A stretch of 64,000 nucleotides of DNA from Selaginella moellendorffii. Taxonomy: Eukaryota; Plantae; Lycopodiophyta. This document shows positions 13,495 through 26,535 of the stretch, one piece after another (within the stretch, counting starts at the first letter, position 1; the number at the start of each line of letters is the position of its first letter). The notes under the pieces were generated by a model that made no database searches, was not told where the DNA came from, and saw only the letters and a program-made list of their open reading frames with translations. The position numbers and the translations under genes were made by a program. The stretch spans positions 62,001-126,000 of the forward strand of contig NW_003314381.1 in the NCBI RefSeq assembly GCF_000143415.4. Reading direction: 5' to 3'.

Positions 13495-14035
13495 CTTTGA
13501 GTTTGAGGTGTATAACTATAGTTTAATATACTATTATTAGCATAATGGAATTTTATAGCCTTTACTTGCTTCTATATATAAGATAGAGTTTTGTATTATT
13601 TTAATATGTACAAATGAGTAGTAGTTATGATTGTGTTTAAATATATATACTTAGTTTAGATAAATTTAATTAGCTTTTTTCAAATTTTTTATTTTATTTT
13701 CTTCTTTATTTTATTTAACAGTATACTCCTCCTTTCTTCTCCTCCTCTAGTTTTAAAGTAGCAATTGATATGTGTTTGTCACTAAATAATTAGACTCATT
13801 TGAATATAATGTTCATGGCATATAATGTACCAAATTTCTTCCATGGAAATCCTAATTATTAATTTAGTCATTTTGTGATAATTGACACCTATCATTTTCA
13901 GGATACTACTTAGTGTTTACATAAGTTTTTCATATATTTCCAAGGGATAACATTGTAGTACTTTTGCAAATTTGAGCCTTCTCCCAAATGTCTTCAAGTG
14001 CGCATTTAAACATGCCAATGACTATGACAATGCAT
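13495..14035 (+). mobile_element. Third, truncated and more decayed copy of the gypsy LTR+gag region
   Basis: Colinear with 7090-7895, e.g. TCTTCAAGTGCGCATTTAAACATGCCAATGA vs TCTTCAAACGTGCATTCAAACATGCCAACGA. Confidence 0.75.
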
Positions 14036-14262
14036 ACTTTTGGCTTCATGGTTCACTGCTAGAATCCCAACCCAGCTAAATCAAGCTTCTCCACTGGCAC
14101 TTGGGTCCTGCCCTGAGCCTTAAAGTGACAAGAACTTGACAAGTTAGAACCAGAACTAAAGAAATTCTTGGCAACTGTCATGAATATGAAAAGCAACCAA
14201 GATTAGTATGAAAATCTGTAACATAATCCTATGAGCCAAGAAAGAAAAATCAAAGAAGAACT
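14036..14262 (-). pseudogene. Fragment of a third 4CL-like copy (exon 2/intron 1)
   Basis: Matches 15495-15770 (ACTTTGGCTTC..TGCTAGAA..AGTGACAAGAACTTGA..AGTTAGAACCA). Confidence 0.8.
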
Positions 14263-14548
14263 CTAGATTGATGCCAAATAATGGAGACAAGTCTTTTTGA
14301 GCCACTACAGTTAATTAGCTATAGAAATATGCTAAGGGGAGGATATGCACCAAGAGGTTTAGCAAATCACTGGGATGAACATGTTTCACAAACATACAGA
14401 CCATATTTCTAGACTTTTTTGGCATGGACTCAAACCCACTTTCACCCTCTAGGCATGACTACATACTAGTCTTATGAGTATTGTGACAGTGTCCATTTGT
14501 AAACCAGCCCTTGTAAGCTAGATGATGTCTAGCTTGATGGTGCGGCAA
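14263..14548 (-). mobile_element. LINE endonuclease-end remnant, duplicate of the ~23800 junction
   Basis: GATGATGTCTAGCTTGATGGTGCGGCAACTAAGGTAACACCATC matches 23803-23846. Confidence 0.55.
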
Positions 14549-14589
14549 CTAAGGTAACACCATCTGGAGCACACCACGCTGTTGTATTA

Positions 14590-14830
14590 ATGCTGAAAAA
14601 GAGACACCATAGTTGAACACATCCAATCCAAGGCTACTGAACTCTCTCCATTTTCCATGTATCATTTTGACGTTGAAAGCGTATACATTTCCAACGACGT
14701 ATTCCCCACAAAATGTGCTTATCTGGAGGCAAAGTCCTCTTTTCTCTGTCCATGTTATTGAATAAGTGCAGAGCCACCAAACCAAGCATTTAGATGTTTC
14801 ACGATACAGCACTTCATTGTGTCTCGCCGT
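14590..14830 (-). pseudogene. PPR-like gene fragment duplicated with the 4CL unit
   Basis: Encodes VALHLFNNMD-like pieces and is near-identical to 23860-24090. Confidence 0.55.
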
Positions 14831-14864
14831 AGCATGTCTTGTGTGGGAAGAATTTTACCTATAG

Positions 14865-16833
14865 TCACAACTTGGAGCGGGAGCGAGTAACTTGGAGCAG
14901 ATCCTTGCAAAGAATTTTCCCTGTTGCTGACTTTGGAATCGAGGGTACGAAAGTCACTGCCCGGATCCTCTTATAAGAAGCGACCTGGGATGAAAAGGCA
15001 AGAATAAAGATCACTGGAGAAAGAAACTGTGCTTTTTACCTGTCTCGCAATGAAATCCATAACTTCGTCTTTCGAGAGCGATTTTCCTTCTTCGCCGGAT
15101 CCACGAACAACGCAGGCGAGAGGAATCTCACCAGCATCATCATCCGGGTACCTGGAAGAATATTTAAAACACGACGTTGGCAAAAGATAAATGTGGTGTC
15201 TGCTTACGGAATAACGGCTGCGTCGGCAATGCCTGGATGAGCGAGAAGAAGAGCTTCCAGTTCCGCAGGAGCAACCCTTTGTACTTGATGAGTTCCTTGA
15301 GCCTGTCGACGATGAAGAGAAAGCCATCGTCGTCGAAGTAGCCAATGTCTCCGGTGTGGAGCCAGCCCTCTGGATCGATGGTGGCGGCGGTGGCGGCAGG
15401 ATTGTTGAGGTAGCTTTGCATGATGCAAGGGCCTCGCAGACAGACCTCGCCTCGAGAGTATGGAGGCAGTGTCTTTCCCGCATCCACGTCCATGACTTTG
15501 GCTTCGTGGTTCGCTGCTAGAAGCCCGGCCGAGCCGAATGGAGCTTCTCCAGCACCAAGACCAGTTGTCTCAGTCATGCCGTAAGCCTTGAGTGACAAGA
15601 ACTTGAAAGTTAGAACCAAAACCAAAGAAAATTCCGGGACAACTCTGATGAAAGTCATGCAAAAGTTCTAAGAACCAAAGAAATTCTCCGATGAACATGA
15701 AAAGCTAACCAAAATCATGCAAAAGGTCTATGAGCCAAGCAAGGAAAATCGAACAAGAAGACCGTGAAGAACTAAGAGCGTACCTGACTAAACTCTTGGA
15801 TTTGTGGAAACTTTGCTAGAAATGCTTCCAAAGTCTCCTTGGCCAGTGGAGCAGCGCCCGACCCGGCCTTCCTCAAAGAAGATAGATCGTAGTTTCCCAC
15901 CGCTGGGTGCTTGAGGAGCGCGACCACGATCGGCGGCACCATGGGCAGATTGGTGATCTTGAATCGCTGGATGCACTGGAGCATGTGGAGGAGGTCGAAT
16001 TTCCTGACCACCACCATCGTCACGGCGAGATAGATCATCATGCAGCCGCTATAGATGAGCCCGGCGATGTGGAAGAGCGGCAAAAGGATGAAGGTCACAA
16101 CCTTGTCATCGTTGTCCCTGGGCTTAGAGGCGAGGATCGAGACCGCGGCGATGAGATTTCCATGAGAGAGCACCACGCCTTTGCTCGGCCCCGTGGTCCC
16201 CGACGAGTAGAGCAGCGCCGCTGGATCGCCCTGCCGGATTCTCACCGCGCTAGGGAATTTGCTCTCATCCACGGCAAGGAGGCTCTCGAATCGCACGAAG
16301 CGTGGATGATCCCGGAAGAATTTGGCGCCGACATTCTCCCCGTCGAGGATCACCGTGGGGAAACCCTGCCCGTTCTTCCCGATCTTGGCGACCAGGTCCG
16401 GCATCGTCACGACAAATCCCGCCCTGGAATCTCGCATCTGGCGCTCGATCTCGGCAGCGGTGTTGGCCGGATTGGCCGTGGTCGCGACGGCGCCGATGGA
16501 GAGAACGGCGGCGAAGAGGATCGGGAAATACACCGTGTTGCCGAGCAACAGGAGGACGACATCACCTTGGGAGACTCCGAGAATCGATGAGAGGCCCGAC
16601 GCCACGGATTTGGCGAGGCGCTGGAAATCGCCGCAGTGGATCGTGAAGCCGGTGGTGGAATCGACGAGCAGCGGAGACGAGGAGTTGGATGGATCGGCGA
16701 GAGGGCCCGAGAAGAGCAATGCTGGGAGGTTGTGATGCGTCTGGAGTGGAATCGGGACTGGAGGGAACAAGCTGCGATAGATCCCGTCCTCTCCATGGCC
16801 GCCTTTTGCTGGATTCACCTCTGCCATAACCAT
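14865..16833 (-). pseudogene. 4CL-like/OPCL-type acyl-CoA ligase copy A, frameshifted
   Basis: Exons 16833-15784, 15586-15208, 15151-15040, 14984-14865 with YSSGTTG box. A 7-bp deletion relative to copy B at ~15276 breaks the [13 protein letters not shown] motif. GKILRK is changed to GKILCK. Confidence 0.88.
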
Positions 16834-17149
16834 AGCCGGGAAAATAGGGATTATGGAGCTGGTACGGCTCAAGCTCGCGCTGTGGCGCTGTTCTCGCGCG
16901 ATCGGCAAGAACGCGAGCGCAAGAGATCATCTTGCATTTTGTTTTGGTGTCTAGAAGATTTCAAGCTGTGATCTTTTGCGCTTGCCCTTCCTACGCGTCT
17001 TCAAGATCTTGGATGATTGTCGCTTGCATCGCGTTTGTGATGTGGATCTGACGACGGAGTTCCATGCATGTTATGTACTCGACGAGATGCGAGGTGGCGG
17101 CCTTTTTTGCGAGGATGGCACGTTTCTTTGGTTCAGTCAATCGGAACTC

Positions 17150-20100
17150 CGCTTAGGCAGGGCAAGTCTTGAGGGGGTGTGTGTCACTGTTTCTATCTCT
17201 GTGGCACAAACCAAACCGGGTATTGCGGGAGCTTGTCGCGCCGTCCCAGCTTGACCAGGACGTTGTGGGCCACAGTTGACGTAGAAAGTTGATCGTAGAT
17301 ATCTGGGCCAAATATCGCTGTTGGATCGTGGTATTTTGTGAGGTGTTCCCTTCGCTGGATCCAGGCTGCGAGGAACCATAGCTCCAGTTCTTCTTCAAGG
17401 GCTTTGGAGGTATTCCTTGGAGGTCCAGGATGAAGCTTGTCGTCCACCTGTCCACTGCGTGCCACCATCCCTTGCCCTGTTGTTGTGTGAGTTGTTGAGA
17501 GTCGATGATTGCTTGGTCCGCGAGCTTGCCATGCGGGAGAAAATGGCTCTTACGTAGATATTGGATCATTTGTCACCATGCCATGTTCTCGAGGGGGAGG
17601 AGGCCAGCCTCCATGAACATAATTGGGAGTGCTACGTTTGTTGAGATACCAAGCTCGTCGGAGGTGAAAGTCGTGGCAATAGTTTCCATCTGAGCCCACT
17701 GCTTCTGTCGCCCTTGAGCTGCTCATGAAAATGATATAAAAGTGTCTGTTCCCATAACTTAATGTGTGCCTCAGCACCATACAAGGCCACTGTGGTGATT
17801 TGTTTTGAAAAAATAAATCTTCACGTCCCAGCAGGTCATCCGTGCTCTTTGACAGTCGAATTGCATGGCTCTCTTTGCAGTTCGCCTATGTGCTTGGATG
17901 CTTTGGTTATGTGAATAATATGTACTCATCCACTGCTTCAATTTTCTTGCCATCGTACCAGAATTTGCTTGTCTGGTCTGGGCAAAGACCATTACCTTTG
18001 TCTTTCCAAGGTTGATTCGCAGGCAGAAACGGTAAAGTGTGTCCAGAGCTGGCTTGCGGTTTGTTATGAAATGGGGACACCCAGCCTTGTGAGCGCAGCA
18101 GCGCTCCATGCTGGGTCCACCTTTATTGCGGAAGACGGATCAAGAACAGAATGTGTCAGGCGTGATCACCTACAGAACCTAAACGGATGTGTCCCTTCTG
18201 CTGACGTGGCATCCCAGCTTGAGATTGCGGCTTAAGTCCTCAACACTCCCACTCGAGCTAAGCTGGGATCAGCCTCGAGCAACTGCACACCAAGAGCTTG
18301 GACATGCTTGGAGAATGCAGCTAGGGGCAGAGCTTTTGTGAAAACATCTGCCACCTGATCTCCCGTCGCACAATACACTAGCTCCATTGTCTCCATGGCA
18401 ACCTGCTCACGAATAAAATGAAACTGTACCTGTATGTGCTTGGTACTCCGTGATACTGCTCCCACTGCATAGGCTATGTCTGGCCTCGTACACACCATCA
18501 GGTACACTAAACTTCCCACCATCTGCCTATATGGGATCCGCTTCATATGTTCCTCCATAGGTGTGGTTGCTGGGTTCAGCTCACTGAGTTGAAACCTCTG
18601 AAGCACGTCCAGAATGTACTTCTTCTGAGACATCTGAATCACTCCCTTCCTCCTGTCTCGGAAGATCTGAATGCCAAGGCAGTAGTGAAGAGGTCCCATG
18701 TCAACCATCTTGAATCGGCACCCCAAATCCAGCTTCAACTGCTTCATGGTAGCACCTTCACTTGAGAAAAGGATGCAGTCATCCACATAGAGAGCTATCA
18801 TGGCTCGAAATTCTCCCACTCACTTCAAGTACACGTTACTGTCAGCTGAAGTCTTGGAGAACCCCAAACCCAAGAGATAAGCGTCCATTTTCTCGTACCA
18901 GGCCCTGGGTGCTTGTTTAAGGCCATATAAAGCCTTCTTCAACCGGCACACTAAATGTTCCTTCCCTGGAACAACAAAGCCCTCTGGTTGCGAGATAAAG
19001 ACCTCCTCATGTAGATCTCCATTCAGAAAAGCTGTGGTGACGTCCATCTGCTCGACTTCCAAGTTTTCTTGAGCAGCAATGTTCAGCAACATCCTGATCG
19101 ATGCATGTTTCACCACTGGTGAAAATGTTTCTGCAAAGTCCACTCCTTCTACTTGAGAAAATCCTCGAGCTACAAATCTGGCCTTGTAACGATCAATAGA
19201 GCCATCTGGCTTATACTTGATCCGGAACAGCCACTTTGTACTCACGATTCTTCTGCCTGTAGGAAGCTCCACCAAGTCCCACGTTTCATTTTCCATCAGA
19301 GATTGATACTCTAGGAAAATTGCATGCTGCCACTCTGCTGCATTTGGACCAGCCAAGGCTTCTTGCAAGGTCTTGGGTACTGTGGCTTCTGCTTGGTGAA
19401 AGAGTGCTAGAAAGTCGAGTTCCATGTCCTCAGAAGGAACTTCCTCCTGCTGCTGGGACGGTGAGCTTGCAGCATAATAAAATGCTGCTGAGGTTACTGG
19501 AGGTGGCTCAGATGCACTGCGATCACGAGCTGCTCTGGCTTCAACTCTAGAAGCCTCAAGAGCCTGCTTTAATGCCACATCCTCTCTGTACTGCTGTCCT
19601 TGTTCAGTCAAGACACGAACACGACTGGATCTACGAGGTGCTGCTGCTTCCTGCTGCTGGCTGCTTTCCTGCTGCTGGCTGCTCTCACTAGAGCTGCCTT
19701 CCTCGAAATTGAGAGAAGGTGAGAGATCTGAGACACTCCTTGGAAGAGTTCGGCCTGCCCTGGGAGGAACTTGAGCCACGACTCCACCTCCACCTGTAGC
19801 TGCTCCGCCTGAGTGTGCACGCTGCCGTCGAGAGGCATCTTCCTCCTCGCTGTCGCTATCCTCAATTAGGGTTTGCTCACCACTAATGAGTAACGGCATC
19901 TGCTGCGAGGTGGTTGCTAGCTGGTTCTTGGTGTTGTACATCTTAGACTCGTCGAAGATGACATTCCTGCTCGTGATCACCTTCCTGGTGTTCAGGTTGA
20001 AGAGCTTGTAACCCTTCATCTTGCTGGCATAGCCAAGGAGAATGCACTTCTCACTTCTACTGTCCAGCTTCTTGGGCTCGTCCTTGAGTGCATAAGCTAC

Positions 20101-23100
20101 ACACCCAAAGATCCTGAGATGGCTCACGTCTGGTGCCTTCCCATACCACACCTCATAAGGTGTTCGTCCCTTGACAGCAGAAGTAATCAGCCTATTCCTC
20201 AAGTAGGCTGCTGTCTTCACAGCATCACACCAAAAGAAATTTGGCATGCCTGTCTTGCAAGATCGCTCGTGCCATCTCCACAAGAGTTCGGTTCATCCTC
20301 TCAGCCACGCCATTTTGCTCAGGAGTTGAAGGCACTGAAAGTTGCCGCTTAATTCCAGCTTGCTCACAGAACTCCTTAAAGGCGTTAGAGGTGAACTCTC
20401 CACCACCATCACTTCTCAGCATCTTGATTTTTCTGCTTGTCTCAAGCTCCGCTTGCAGCTTGTAGACCTTGAAAGCTTCAAAGGCCTCTGACTTGTGCAG
20501 CAAAAACTTCACTGCTACCATCCTTGAAAAATCGTCGATGAATGTGACAAAGTATTTCTTCTTTGTCCTTGACATGGTCTGCATTGGGCCACATAGATCA
20601 GAGTGTACCAGCTCCAGGACATCCTTCCCTCTTTCACTTACACCTGAGCGAAATGGAAGGCGATGCTGCTTACTGAGGACACAAGGCTCACAAAATCCAG
20701 CTGATGATGGAGCAATGTTCAGTCCTCGGACAAGTTGTCCTCTTGCTAGCTGCTGTACTCTCTTGATGGAAGAGTGGCCTAATCTTCTGTGCCAAGTGTC
20801 TAGTGTAGCTGGTTTGTCTTCCACGCTGCTACTGAGCATTAACCTCTCAGGATACACCACTTCAGCATTCAGGCATGTCGGCGTCCCGATGCTAGCTCAT
20901 AGCCTTCTCGTGAGATGGTGCACCTTTTCTCGTTAAAGTCAATCTTGCAGCTTGCGTCTGCTATCTTCCCCACTGAGAAAAGAGTCTTCTTGACACCAGG
21001 CACATAGTAGACATTGCTCACGTCCACTTTCTGACCATTGGCAAGTTTCACCTTGATTGTCCCAACTCCTTGCACACTGTGCGAGTAATCGTCACCAAGG
21101 TAAATCCTCTTGTCGTCTGGAACTGGTCTCAGCTTGCCAAACAGCTCTCTGATGTATGTCATGTGCCTGTTTGCTCCTGAGTCCACCCAGATTACTTCTG
21201 CTTTCAACAGACCATGTTTTGTCACCTGCTGATCCTCTAACGAAGCCATGAACAGACTGCCATGCTCGTCATCTGAATCAGCTGCTGCAAAGTTAGCCAC
21301 TTGCTTGCCTTTGTCTCGCTTTCTAGCTTCCTTGGCTTTCTTTGCTTCTTCATTGGTGCAGTCTCTTGCCCAATGACCAGGTTTCTTGCAAATGTTGCAA
21401 AGGCCGTCGTTTTTCTTCTTCTTCTTCTTGGACTTGCTCCCACTGGTTCCATCAGTCCCTGGAGAATTCACTGGGCCCAACCTGTCCCACACTGTTGCAG
21501 ATCGCTTGCCCTTTGAAGATTGACCAGCAAATAGCGCTTGATCTTGAGATCCAACTCCCTCATTGGTCTCCATCAAGTTCTCTGCTGACTTCAACTGAAG
21601 GACCATTTCGTCAAATTTCTTTGACGAGTGAGTAGTCGCTGTTGTCAGAAGATACTTCGCCACGCCTTTGATGACAACCGACTTGAGCTTCGGTTCACTC
21701 ACTGGTGTCTTCGTGATGCGTGCGATCTGGCTTGCTACCTTCCTCAACCTTCCAACAAAGGCTTGAATGGACTCACCTTCATGCTGTCTTACAGAACCGA
21801 GTTCTGTCTCTAAGTCCAGCAATGTGGTCTCATTCTCCTTTCCGAGGGTTGCTTTCAGGTTTTCCCAGTTCTCGTGCGCAGTCTTCGTGATGTCGAGATG
21901 GCAACTGAACACCTTGGCCTCTGCCTAGAATGCCCAAGGCCTTGATGTTCTTTCCATCCCACTCTTTGCGGTCAGCCTTGTCCGTTGTGGGAGGGCGCGT
22001 CCAGGAACCGTCGACCACTGGCCACAGCTCCTTCTACTCGAGTTGCTCCTGCCATCCGCTGAAATCCTTGCCATCAAAGATCTCTATGGCGTCGCGCACA
22101 CTCCCCATCTTCAGGATCGTTCTTCACACGCGCTCTGATACCATGTTATGAAATGGGGACACCCAGCCTTGTGAGCGCAGCAGCGCTCCATGCTGGGTCC
22201 ACCTTTATTGCGGAAGACGGATCAAGAACAGAATGTGTCAGGCGTGATCACCTACAGAACCTAAACGGATGTGTCCCTTCTGCTGACGTGGCATCCCAGC
22301 TTGAGATTGCGGCTTAAGTCCTCAACAGTTCTTGCTAGCAGCATCCTGTCACCGGCGTATAGCAGGAGGTAGAGTAGCATGCTAGCGAGTTGGATGGTTG
22401 AAAGCTCTTCATCGCTATCCTCCATCAGCTTTTCCAAACCATCCATGAATATGCCAAAAAAAAAGTGTGGGTGAACTTCAGTGTGACATGAGATTTGCGC
22501 TTGGCCTTGGACGTCGGCTTTGACATTCGTATAGAGCTGTTGTATGACTTTGATCAGCGTGCAGGGGGACTGAAGCTCGACGAGGTGTTGGAAGAGCTTT
22601 GTTCGTAGCACCATGTCGAAGGCTTTGGTGATGTCGACAAAGCAACTGTACACCGCTCCATTTCTCCAACTTCAGCCTGTCCATCATGATCCGGAGAGTC
22701 ACGAAGTGGTTGATACAGGAAAAGTGTGGGCGAAATCCTGCATGGCCTGCCTTCTTGCTCCACTGGACGAGGTGTTTCTCCATGAGCCGTGCAAAGAGCT
22801 TAGTGAAGATTGTTGACACCATGGTCGTTCCGTAGTTTCCAGGCTGTGTTGGATCCCCTTGTTTGTAGATCGGGATGTCATGATTCACATTCCAGCTCGT
22901 TGGGAAGCCATCATGGATGATGTTGTTGAAGATTGAAACTTCAACCGGGAACAAGCCCAACAAGTCTGACACAACCCACACCAAGCATACAAAATCTTCA
23001 AGAAGAAGAAAGTGCCAGTCCTTGTTGACAAAGTAGAGATCTAGATCCAACACATTCAACAAACTTAGGAATCTGCCAGCAGAGGAATGTGACATCCCAC

Positions 23101-23830
23101 TAGCCTACTACAGACAAATCAAAGAAGTGATCAACACCTGCAAGGACCCTCATGAGGCATTGCATATTCAGCGTTTGGAGGAGTTTCGCTGTGAAGCCTT
23201 TTTGCTGCGGCAGATGGTTGATTGCTTCTTTGATTTGTTCCTAAGTAGAAGGTCAGTGGGATGTCATATTGGATCTCCTCTACTGGCATATTAGTTCGTA
23301 CAGTTGTTGAATGCAAATCTCTACTTCATCAATGAGGACTGGTGCTCTTTTCTTTTCAAAAATTTTATATGCATGATGTGGGTCGTGTCAAACTTGCCAA
23401 GCTTGTTCCTGGTTGAAATTTCGATCATGCTAGTGTCAGGGTGCTCTTGCCACCTTTTGGAATTGTGGGTGGGGGTGGTCAGCGTCTGGGTGGCAGTCTC
23501 GTTTTGCTCTTTTGTATGCTTTGTGGAGTTTTGTACAGTGCATTTCTTGACTGGCAATCCCTTCGTCTGCCAGTCAGGTTTGAGATATAGGTCCTCGTCC
23601 TGGTGTTGTTTGATGGCTGCACTATGCCTCCATGTCCTAGTCCCATGGAAGTTGCTTTCCAGTTCCATGCACTGTGTGTGTGGAAGCTTGGGAGGTCAGG
23701 GACCCTGCTCTGCTGGTGTTCCCACGTTTCAACCAGTGCGATGATGTCAAAATGCCCATATTCCGCTAGACCCAGTCCACAGTCGTCCAAATTTGCAACC
23801 TTGATGATGTCCTGCTTGATGGCGCAGCAA
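17150..23830 (-). mobile_element. Degenerate non-LTR retrotransposon (LINE; APE endonuclease + RT) split by a copia insertion
   Basis: DIIALVETW/GHGGI (endonuclease), PIYKQGDP..NY, GFRPHFSC, CFVDITKAFD, LLYAGD, then INLGKTKVM on the other side of the copia. Boundaries approximate. Confidence 0.85.
18062..22327 (-). mobile_element. Ty1/copia LTR retrotransposon, defective, with identical 184-bp LTRs (18062-18245, 22144-22327)
   Basis: TG..CA LTRs, iMet PBS TGGTATCAGAGC, PPT GAGTGGGAG. gag CCHC knuckle, protease VDSGA, integrase (WHRRLGH, HSDLCGP, QNGVAERMN), RT (KARFVARG, YVDD). Confidence 0.97.
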
Positions 23831-23859
23831 CTAAGGTAACACCATCACCACGCCGTTGT

Positions 23860-24100
23860 ATTATTGTTGAAAAGGAGACACCATAGTTGAACACATCCAA
23901 TCCAAGGCTACTGAACTCTCTCCATTTTCCCGATGTTGAAAAAATGTAGGATCTACAATACATTTCCAACAACGCATTCGCCACAAAATGTGCCTATCTC
24001 GAGGCAAAGTCCTCTTTTCTCTGTCCATGTTATTGAATAAGTGCAGAGCCACCAAACTCTCTCCATTCATGATACAGCGCTTCATTGTGGCTTGCCTATG
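23860..24100 (-). pseudogene. PPR-like gene fragment
   Basis: NGESLVALHLFNNMD and ANALLEMYCRS are PLS-PPR-like pieces in different frames. Confidence 0.6.
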
Positions 24101-24182
24101 AATAGTCGATCAGGCCCACTTTCTTTCTACGTATGCTGAGAGGTCTTTTCCACGCGTGAAGGGAAAAGAATTTTACCTATAG

Positions 24183-26161
24183 TCACAACTTGGAGCGGGA
24201 GCGAGTAACTTGGAGTAAATCCTTGCGAAGAATTTTCCCTGTTGCTGACTTTGGAATCGAGGGTACAAAAGTCACTGCCCGGATCCTCTTATGAGAAGCG
24301 ACCTGGGATAGAAAAACAAGATCACTGGAGAAGGGAAACTGTGCTTTTTACCTGTCTCGCAATGAAATCCATAACTTCGTCTTTCGAGAGCGATTTTCCC
24401 GCTTCGCCGGATCCACGAACAACACAGGCGAGAGGAATCTCACCAGCATCATCATCCGGGTACCTGGAAGAATATTTAAAACACGATGTTGACAAAAGAT
24501 AAAGGTAGAAAATGGTGGTGGGCTTACGGGATCACGGCTGCGTCGGCAATGCCTGGATGAGCGAGAAGAAGAGCTTCCAGTTCCGCAGGAGCAACCTGGA
24601 AGCCTTTGTACTTGATGAGTTCCTTGAGCCTGTCGACGATGAAGAGGAAGCCATCGTCGTCGAAGTAGCCAATGTCTCCGGTGTGGAGCCAGCCCTCTGG
24701 ATCGATGGTGGCGGCGGTGGCGGCAGGATTGTTGAGGTAGCTTTGCATGATGCAAGGGCCTCGCAGCCAGAGCTCGCCTCGAGAGTGTGGAGGCAGTGGC
24801 TTGCCCGTATCCACGTTCGTGACTTTGGCTTCGTGGTTCGCTGTTAGAAGCCCGGCCGAGCCGAATGGAGCTTCTCCACTGGCACCAAGACCAGTTGTCT
24901 CAGTCATGCCGTAAGCCTTGAGTGACAAGAACTTGAAAGTTAGAGCCAAAACCAAAGAAAATTCCTGGACAACTCTGATGAAAGTCATGCAAAAGTTCTA
25001 AGAACCAAAGAAATTCTTGGACAACTCTGATAAACACGAAAAGCGAACCAAAATCATGCAAAAGTTCTGAGCCAAGCAAGGAAAATCGAACAAGAAAACC
25101 GTGAAGAACGAAGAACATACCTGACTAAACTCTTGGATTTGTGGAAACTTTGCTAGAAATGCTTCCAAAGTTTCCTTGGCCAGTGGAGCAGCGCCCGATG
25201 CGGCTCTCTTCAGAGAAGATAGATCGTAGCTTTCCACCGCTGGGTGCTTGAGGAGCGCGACCACGATCGGCGGCACCATGGGCAGACTGGTGATCTTAAA
25301 TCGCTGGATGCACTGGAGCATGTGGAGGAGGTCGAATTTCCTGACCACCACCATCGTCGCGGCGAGATAGATCATCATGCAGCCGCTATAGATGAGCCCG
25401 GCGATGTGGAAGAGCGGCAAAAGGATGAAGGTCACGACCTTGTCATCGTTGTCATTGGGCTTAGAGGCGAGGATCGAGACCGCGGCGATGAGATTTCCAT
25501 GAGAGAGCAGCACGCCTTTGCTCGGCCCCGTGGTCCCCGACGAGTAGAGCAGCGCCGCTGGATCGCCCTGCCGGATTCTCACCGCGCTAGGGAATTTGCT
25601 CTCATCCACGGCGAGGAGGCTCTCGAATCGCACGAAGCGTGGATGATCCTGGAAGAATTTGGCGCCGGCATTCTCCCCGTCGAGGATCACCGTAGGGAAA
25701 CCCTGCCCGTTCTTGCCGATCTTGGCGACCAGGTCCGGCATCGTCACGACAAATCCCGCCCTGGAATCTCGCAGCTGGCGCTCGATTTCGGCAGCGGTGT
25801 TGGCCGGATTGGCCGTGGTCGCGACGGCGCCGATGGAGAGAATGGCAGCGAAGAGGATCGGGAAATACACCGTGTTGCCGAGCAACAGGAGGACGACATC
25901 ACCTTGGGAGACTCCGACAATCGATGAGAGGCCCGACGCCACGGATTTGGCGAGGCGCTGGAAATCGCCGCAGTGGATCGTGAAGCCGGTGGTGGAATCG
26001 ACGAGCAGCGGCGACGACGAGTTGGATGGATCGGCTAGAGGCCCCGAGAAGAGCAATGCGGGGAGGCTGTGATGCGTTTGGAGAGGAATCGGGACTGGAG
26101 GGAACAAGCTGCGATAGATCCCGTCCTCTCCATAGCCGCCTTTTACCTCCGCCATAGCCAT
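24183..26161 (-). CDS. 4-coumarate:CoA ligase-like peroxisomal acyl-CoA synthetase (copy B, intact, ~553 aa)
   Basis: Exons 26161-25121, 24916-24528, 24463-24352, 24302-24183 splice in frame. Motifs [45 protein letters not shown]. Ends RSRSKL* (PTS1). Confidence 0.95.
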
Positions 26162-26236
26162 AGCCGGGAAAATATGATATGAACTCTAGGTTAGGGTTTT
26201 AGCGCAGGGATTGTGTCTGGAAGGAGTGATGGCGGC

Positions 26237-26535
26237 TCAAGCTCGCGCTGTGGCGCTGTGCTCGCGCGATCGGCAAGAACGCGAGCGCAAGAGATCATCT
26301 CAACAGGTACTTGCATTTTCTTTTGGTGTCTAGAAGATTTCAAACTGTTCCATCAGCTACCAGCGGATCTCGTACCGCGAGCGATGGCGAGAGAGTGTCT
26401 TCGAGCTCGCGCTGTGACGATTGTCGGCAAGAACGCGAGAGAAAGAGATAATCTCACAGGTGCTTGGGCCAGGCTTGTATTTTTCTTTGGTGCTATTTTG
26501 CTTGTCTTAGAAGAAGTCAAGCTGTTCTATCAGCC
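26237..26535. repeat. Two diverged ~125-bp direct repeats upstream of 4CL-B; one copy also upstream of 4CL-A (16868-16968)
   Basis: AGCTCGCGCTGTG..TCGGCAAGAACGCGAG..AGAGAT recurs. Confidence 0.7.
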
